From positions 1 through 17,730 of the forward strand of contig JANOQV010000138.1 in the NCBI GenBank assembly GCA_031414955.1: 17,730 bases of DNA. The letters run 5' to 3'. Below the pieces are notes generated by a model that saw nothing but the letters and a program-made list of their open reading frames with translations, was not told the origin of the DNA and made no database searches. The stretch comes from Pedosphaera sp. (GTDB lineage: Bacteria; Verrucomicrobiota; Verrucomicrobiia; Limisphaerales; SIBH01). Positions 14,701-17,730 of this stretch are shown here, piece after piece. Both the position numbers and the translations under genes were made by a program. How positions within the stretch are numbered: the stretch's first letter is position 1; every line of letters starts with the position of its first letter.

Positions 14701-16476
14701 GGTCAATGTGTTCGGATAAATCGTGACCCGAACCTCGGTGCTCGTGACCACGCCAAAATTATTGGTGACGATCACGGAGTAAATCCCGGCGTCGGCTGGC
14801 AGCGCATTGGTCAGGAAGTAATCCGCGTTGGTCGTCGCGCCTCCGACGTTCGTTCCGTTCTGACGCCATTGGTAAACCAGCGGCACGTCGCCCACCGCCT
14901 GAACTTTGAGCGCGAGCAAGCCGCCCGCGAGCAGAAGCTGGTTGGTGGGCTGGCTGGTGATGACGGGCAGCGACTGCACCTTGAGCGTGAAGGTGCCGCT
15001 CTCCAACTCGCCACAATCATTGCTGACCAGCACGGAGTAATCACCGGAATCGGAGAAGCTCGCGTTGGTGATGACGTACTTCGCACTCGTGGCGCTGGCA
15101 TTGTCCGCAATGTTCGTCCCGTTCAACTGCCACTGGTAAACGACCGACGCCCCCGCGCGGATGGTCACGGCCAAATTCACCTTGCGACCAATGGCGGCCC
15201 GGTTCGTGATCGAAAGGGAGGTGGCCCCGTCGTCCACCCCACCGTCCACATGCACATCCCTGATCAAGTACGGCTGGCACTCGGTCGCCCGCGCGGTGTG
15301 CTGCGCATCCTTGCGGAACATCTGCCAGGCCACCTCTCCTGAATCCGAGAAGGTCTCGGTGTCCACCGCGTAAATGTAGGAATCACTGGAGCCAAAATAG
15401 ACGATGCCGTAGGCGTCGATGGCCGGCGAGGAATGCACCGCTCCGCGCGTCTTCACCGTCCAGAGGACTTTCCCCCTTCCGCTCCCCGGCGCAACCGGGC
15501 TGGGCGAGATGGCGTACAACCGACCATCCCCCGCGCCGCCGTAAACGGTGCCATCCGCGCCGATGCTCAACGCGGAAAGAATCGGGGTGGGCGTAGTCAA
15601 ACTCCAGCGCACCCGCCCGGACAGGCTCAGGCAATAAAACTGTGAATTCTGGGCCGCCACATAAACCTGTCCGTCCGCGCCGATGGCTGAGGAGACGGAA
15701 ATATCCTTGCCCGTGTCGAAAGACCAGAGCACCCCTCCATTGGTGCTGGCTCCGGTGTCCAACGCATACACCTTGCCGTTTTTTGCGCCGAAGTAGAGCA
15801 CGTCCGCCACGCCGATCGCCGGGATGGTTCGGATGTCCGCGCTCGGGGTGAAGCGCGAGGTTTCGCTGCCATTGCCCTTGCTCACGCCACGCACGTAACC
15901 GCCCGCCGCGACGTACACGGTGCCGTCGCTGCCCACCACGGGGGTAGCCACGTTGTTGCTCGCGGTGTAGGCCCACTTCAAGGCGCGCTCCGGGGTCAAC
16001 GCCCAGAGATGATTGTCCGTGGAACCAAAATAGACCGTGCCATCCTCGGCCAACGCCGGAGCCTCAGCGTGTTTTCCCGGCGTGGCATAGCTCCACTCGA
16101 TCTGGCCGTGATCCTCCAAGTCCGTGATGGCGTAGATCTGGTTGTTCTGGCAACTGACGTAGATGCGGCCGTCATCATTGTTGACGACGGCCGAACCAGT
16201 GATGGCCGCCGGCAGGCGAAGGGCGCCGGTCCACTTGCTCTCGCCGGAAAAGGTGTCGAGGGCGTAGAAGCGCCCATCCATGGAACCGACATAAAGGGTG
16301 GTCCCGTCGGCACTCAACGCCGGCGAGGCCACGACCGCGCCGCGGGTCTTGAATTTCCAAAGATGGGGGCGAACCGGGTAACCAGCCGCCGAGACCTGGG
16401 CAGCCATCCCCGCCAGCAGAAGGGCGAGGAAAAGGAAAAGAATTCGCGCCCGGGCGGCGCTCTCTCGGCTCTTCAT
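11734..16476 (-). CDS. Large secreted multidomain protein: PQQ-like (BamB-type) beta-propeller, 2 Ig, RCC1-like beta-propeller, 5 Ig, C-terminal RFYR domain
   Basis: Signal peptide MKSRES...LFLALLLAGMAAQVSA. Repeated S(S)PA.G.DG.VY.GS.D...YA...W PQQ-type blades, then RCC1 repeats (HSLA...DGTLW.WG.N..GQLG.G), seven Ig repeats (QP......F.V...G.P...Y.W..N...G.Y.V.VTN.FG) and the terminus RSRFYRLRVE. The ORF track start is GTG 16488; ATG 16476 is preferred. Confidence 0.92.
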   Translation of the reverse strand: MKSRESAARARILFLFLALLLAGMAAQVSAAGYPVRPHLWKFKTRGAVVASPALSADGTTLYVGSMDGRFYALDTFSGESKWTGALRLPAAITGSAVVNNDDGRIYVSCQNNQIYAITDLEDHGQIEWSYATPGKHAEAPALAEDGTVYFGSTDNHLWALTPERALKWAYTASNNVATPVVGSDGTVYVAAGGYVRGVSKGNGSETSRFTPSADIRTIPAIGVADVLYFGAKNGKVYALDTGASTNGGVLWSFDTGKDISVSSAIGADGQVYVAAQNSQFYCLSLSGRVRWSLTTPTPILSALSIGADGTVYGGAGDGRLYAISPSPVAPGSGRGKVLWTVKTRGAVHSSPAIDAYGIVYFGSSDSYIYAVDTETFSDSGEVAWQMFRKDAQHTARATECQPYLIRDVHVDGGVDDGATSLSITNRAAIGRKVNLAVTIRAGASVVYQWQLNGTNIADNASATSAKYVITNASFSDSGDYSVLVSNDCGELESGTFTLKVQSLPVITSQPTNQLLLAGGLLALKVQAVGDVPLVYQWRQNGTNVGGATTNADYFLTNALPADAGIYSVIVTNNFGVVTSTEVRVTIYPNTLTLAARALAAGPRHSLAVRADGTLWTWGLNNFGQVGDGTVSSSGANLIFRDLPRLLGTNGTVTTNAVWSSVAGGSRGADPLSGQPGGFSLGLQTNGTLWAWGLNDLGQLGLGLAGSPQRLPVRIGLDTNWVQAEAGATHVVALQRDGSLWTWGGNAAGQLGLGTSVNSSSPVRVGTDSAWVEVRAGGSYSLARRADGTIWAWGGNTNAQLGLGHRTSQRTPVQIGTSTNWAALSAGVVHSLALRTDGTLWSWGRNNYGQLGTGGATNSTRPVRVGNHNDWQVMEAGFGHSLAIKTNGALFAWGANWFGQLGNGTNGWKSNTNGANQRLPVAIATNLAWQAIDASSHSLGLALDGSVWAWGWNGHGQIGGGTGGDGSSTYNSNAPVQLTFDSDVRGPGFSLQPSNVIVVESNAASFSVNFTGAPQVFLQWYRNSNAISASVNPTATNTTLSIPEALRTNVGFYHVVATNHFGAATSIVASLSVSNLEGIVYLPGGGTTNLNAPRLLESPVSQIAQLSNTVSFSVMATGAPTLVYRWFFNSNGIDAVANPSALSNVLTLTNVLSARAGFYHATVTNLLGGTTSLVASLTLTNTSGLVFLPNGGTTNFLAPGILEQPTNQMVLESNAVAFSVTVTGAPPFFYRWYFNGDSIPEIQNASTFNPTFSLPNAAGTEAGFYFVVVTNTFGRSTSLVVSLTVSNENGTVHLPNGTVTNYLIPRLTSQPVSQSVQESNHATFSLSVTGVPPFSLQWFFNSNVIAVEEFSTATNIFLSVTNAQATNAGFYQAVITNLFGSATSGLASLTVTNLNGTVYLPDGGVTNYSVPRILTQPVSLAALTNSTVNFSVLATGAAPLRFLWRQDSNVIAVLLNPTATNATLVLSNVTPVHAGFYDVLVSNAFGLVVSVPVELAVTNGAADLSPVKSREVRLGVVTLGETGVLLPVLGTATGRTLVLEFKTRLSDPDWTPLSTNAGNVSLLFDSSGPPHRSRFYRLRVE

Positions 16477-16633
16477 GTAATGATGCACTGAGGGGTGTTC
16501 AAAATCAGGCCGCGACTCTCCTTAACACCCGGAGAAGCTGCAAGCCTTTATCCCAAACACCGGGGTGGGGAAATGGTTGCAGGGGGCAAGTCGCAGGCGG
16601 GCGGGCGGGCGGCTCGCGAGCAGCTTCAACTTT

Positions 16634-16837
16634 TCAACTCGAACCAGCCTGCCGCCCTGGCGCGGCCCAGCCTTGTTGCATGAGCCGAAGGAGATGGGTC
16701 AACGATTCCTCGTAGAGTTGGCCCTTCTGGGCGCTGACTTGGCGGGCCCGCTTCTCAAGTTGCGCCGCCATCTCCCGGGATTTTTCAGCCGGACAGCCGA
16801 GGGCGACGAGGGTGGCGGCAAGCTGATCGAGTTCCAT
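16634..16837 (-). CDS. Small helical hypothetical protein (67 aa)
   Basis: MELDQLAATLVALGCPAEKSREMAAQLEKRARQ...LLRLMQQGWAA has an amphipathic helical pattern, fills the intergenic gap and is co-oriented with its neighbours. Confidence 0.65.
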   Translation of the reverse strand: MELDQLAATLVALGCPAEKSREMAAQLEKRARQVSAQKGQLYEESLTHLLRLMQQGWAAPGRQAGSS

Positions 16838-16876
16838 AAAACAAAAAGCGCGGATGAGCCGGAAGCCCATCCGCGC
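16838..16876 (-). terminator. Rho-independent terminator downstream of the cyclophilin gene
   Basis: Minus strand GCGCGGATGGGC-TTCCG-GCTCATCCGCGC forms a 12-bp stem (one G-U) followed by TTTTTGTTTT, starting 17 nt after the stop codon. Confidence 0.85.
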
Positions 16877-16893
16877 CGTGAAATCCGGGCGAA

Positions 16894-17526
16894 TTATTTC
16901 ACCGAGTCCGCCGGGACGATTTTGATGCTCTCCACGCCCTGGCGGGTGTTGGGCCGGTCCGGCGGATGGGTCGCCGTGGTCGCGATCTTCTCCAGCACAT
17001 CGTCGCCCTTAATCAGCTTGCCGAACGTGGTGTATTTGCGATCAAGGAAGCTCGGTTCGCCGTGGCAGATGAAGAACTGGCTGCCGGCGGAATCAGGATC
17101 ATTGGAGCGGGCCATGGAGAGCACGCCGCGCTTGTGGGCGCGCTCATTGAACTCGGCCTTGATCTTGTAGCCGGGGTCGCCCATGCCCCATTGGGCTTCC
17201 TTGGCGGCGTCCTTGGTGTTCGGATCGCCGCCCTGGATCATGAAGCCCTTGATCACACGGTGAAAGGCGGTGCCGTCGTAGAAGCCTTTCTTCGCGAGCG
17301 TCTTGAAATTCTCGACCGTCTTCGGGGCCACGTCGGGCCAGAACTCGACCACCATATCGCCTGCGGTCGTCTTGATGACCGCCACTTCATTTGTTGTCAC
17401 TGTTTTGGTTTCCTTTGTTGTGTCTTTGCCATCCTTGGCGTCGGGTTTTTTGTCATCCGCGCCGGTGCAACTCGTCACCAGACCGAGGCTGACCGCCAGC
17501 GCGCAAGTAAACAGAAGATTTTTCAT
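16894..17526 (-). CDS. Cyclophilin-type peptidyl-prolyl cis-trans isomerase, predicted lipoprotein
   Basis: Motifs APKTVENF..LA..GFYDGTAFHRVIKGFMIQGGDP, GVLSMAR, DSAGSQFFI and LD.KYT.FG. ATG 17526 begins MKNLLFTCALAVSLGLVTS|C (lipobox). Confidence 0.95.
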   Translation of the reverse strand: MKNLLFTCALAVSLGLVTSCTGADDKKPDAKDGKDTTKETKTVTTNEVAVIKTTAGDMVVEFWPDVAPKTVENFKTLAKKGFYDGTAFHRVIKGFMIQGGDPNTKDAAKEAQWGMGDPGYKIKAEFNERAHKRGVLSMARSNDPDSAGSQFFICHGEPSFLDRKYTTFGKLIKGDDVLEKIATTATHPPDRPNTRQGVESIKIVPADSVK

Positions 17527-17730
17527 AGCGGCGGAGATGTTCCACAGAACCTGGAAGCTGTCACGCGCAAAGGTGCAGGGCAGACGCAGCTGGGTGCATC
17601 TTGACACTGTTCTTAAAGTGAGGTGGTCACGGTTCCTCGACCGGCAAAAACAAGAACATGGCTGTCGTGTCGTCACATGAAAAAAGCATCGCCCCCAAGT
17701 CAACCCAGTCCCGCGCCCAAGCCCCGGCCC

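Noticed and set aside
13300..15342. 680-aa + strand ORF
   Set aside because: Antisense shadow of the giant secreted protein; its repeated patterns mirror the RCC1 repeats on the other strand.
17601..17630. TTGACA on the + strand as a -35 box
   Set aside because: No plausible -10 hexamer at 16-18 nt spacing, and any downstream gene lies outside the window.

Overview
GC-rich bacterial chromosomal segment, most likely from Verrucomicrobiota (Pedosphaera/Limisphaerales-like). That placement is an inference from the Thr-Asn-rich Ig-domain proteins with a C-terminal 'RFYR' domain. The left ~4.7 kb looks accessory. It holds a lower-GC secreted collagen/tail-fibre-like/BNR-propeller gene, a DUF2971-like gene, a 5'-truncated Ig-domain gene remnant, and a VapC toxin with an apparently chimeric antitoxin. 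The toxin-antitoxin pair is bracketed by two 93%-identical 100-bp direct repeats, each carrying a 15-nt sequence complementary to the toxin mRNA. The middle holds housekeeping and stress genes (small coiled-coil protein, TPR protein, alpha/beta hydrolase, DnaJ-class chaperone, lipoprotein MsrB). It also holds a translationally coupled pair: a ferritin-like di-iron (DUF455-type)/ATP-grasp fusion enzyme followed by an AlkC-type alkylpurine DNA glycosylase, which is the best candidate for an undescribed system. A nested MITE/REPIN and a heptamer-repeat element lie at 11.4-11.7 kb. The right part encodes a ~1580-aa secreted PQQ-propeller/RCC1-propeller/7xIg protein, a small hypothetical protein and a cyclophilin lipoprotein. 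No rRNA, tRNA, CRISPR array, transposase or integrase was seen. All family assignments come from motif recognition by eye; no database search was run.
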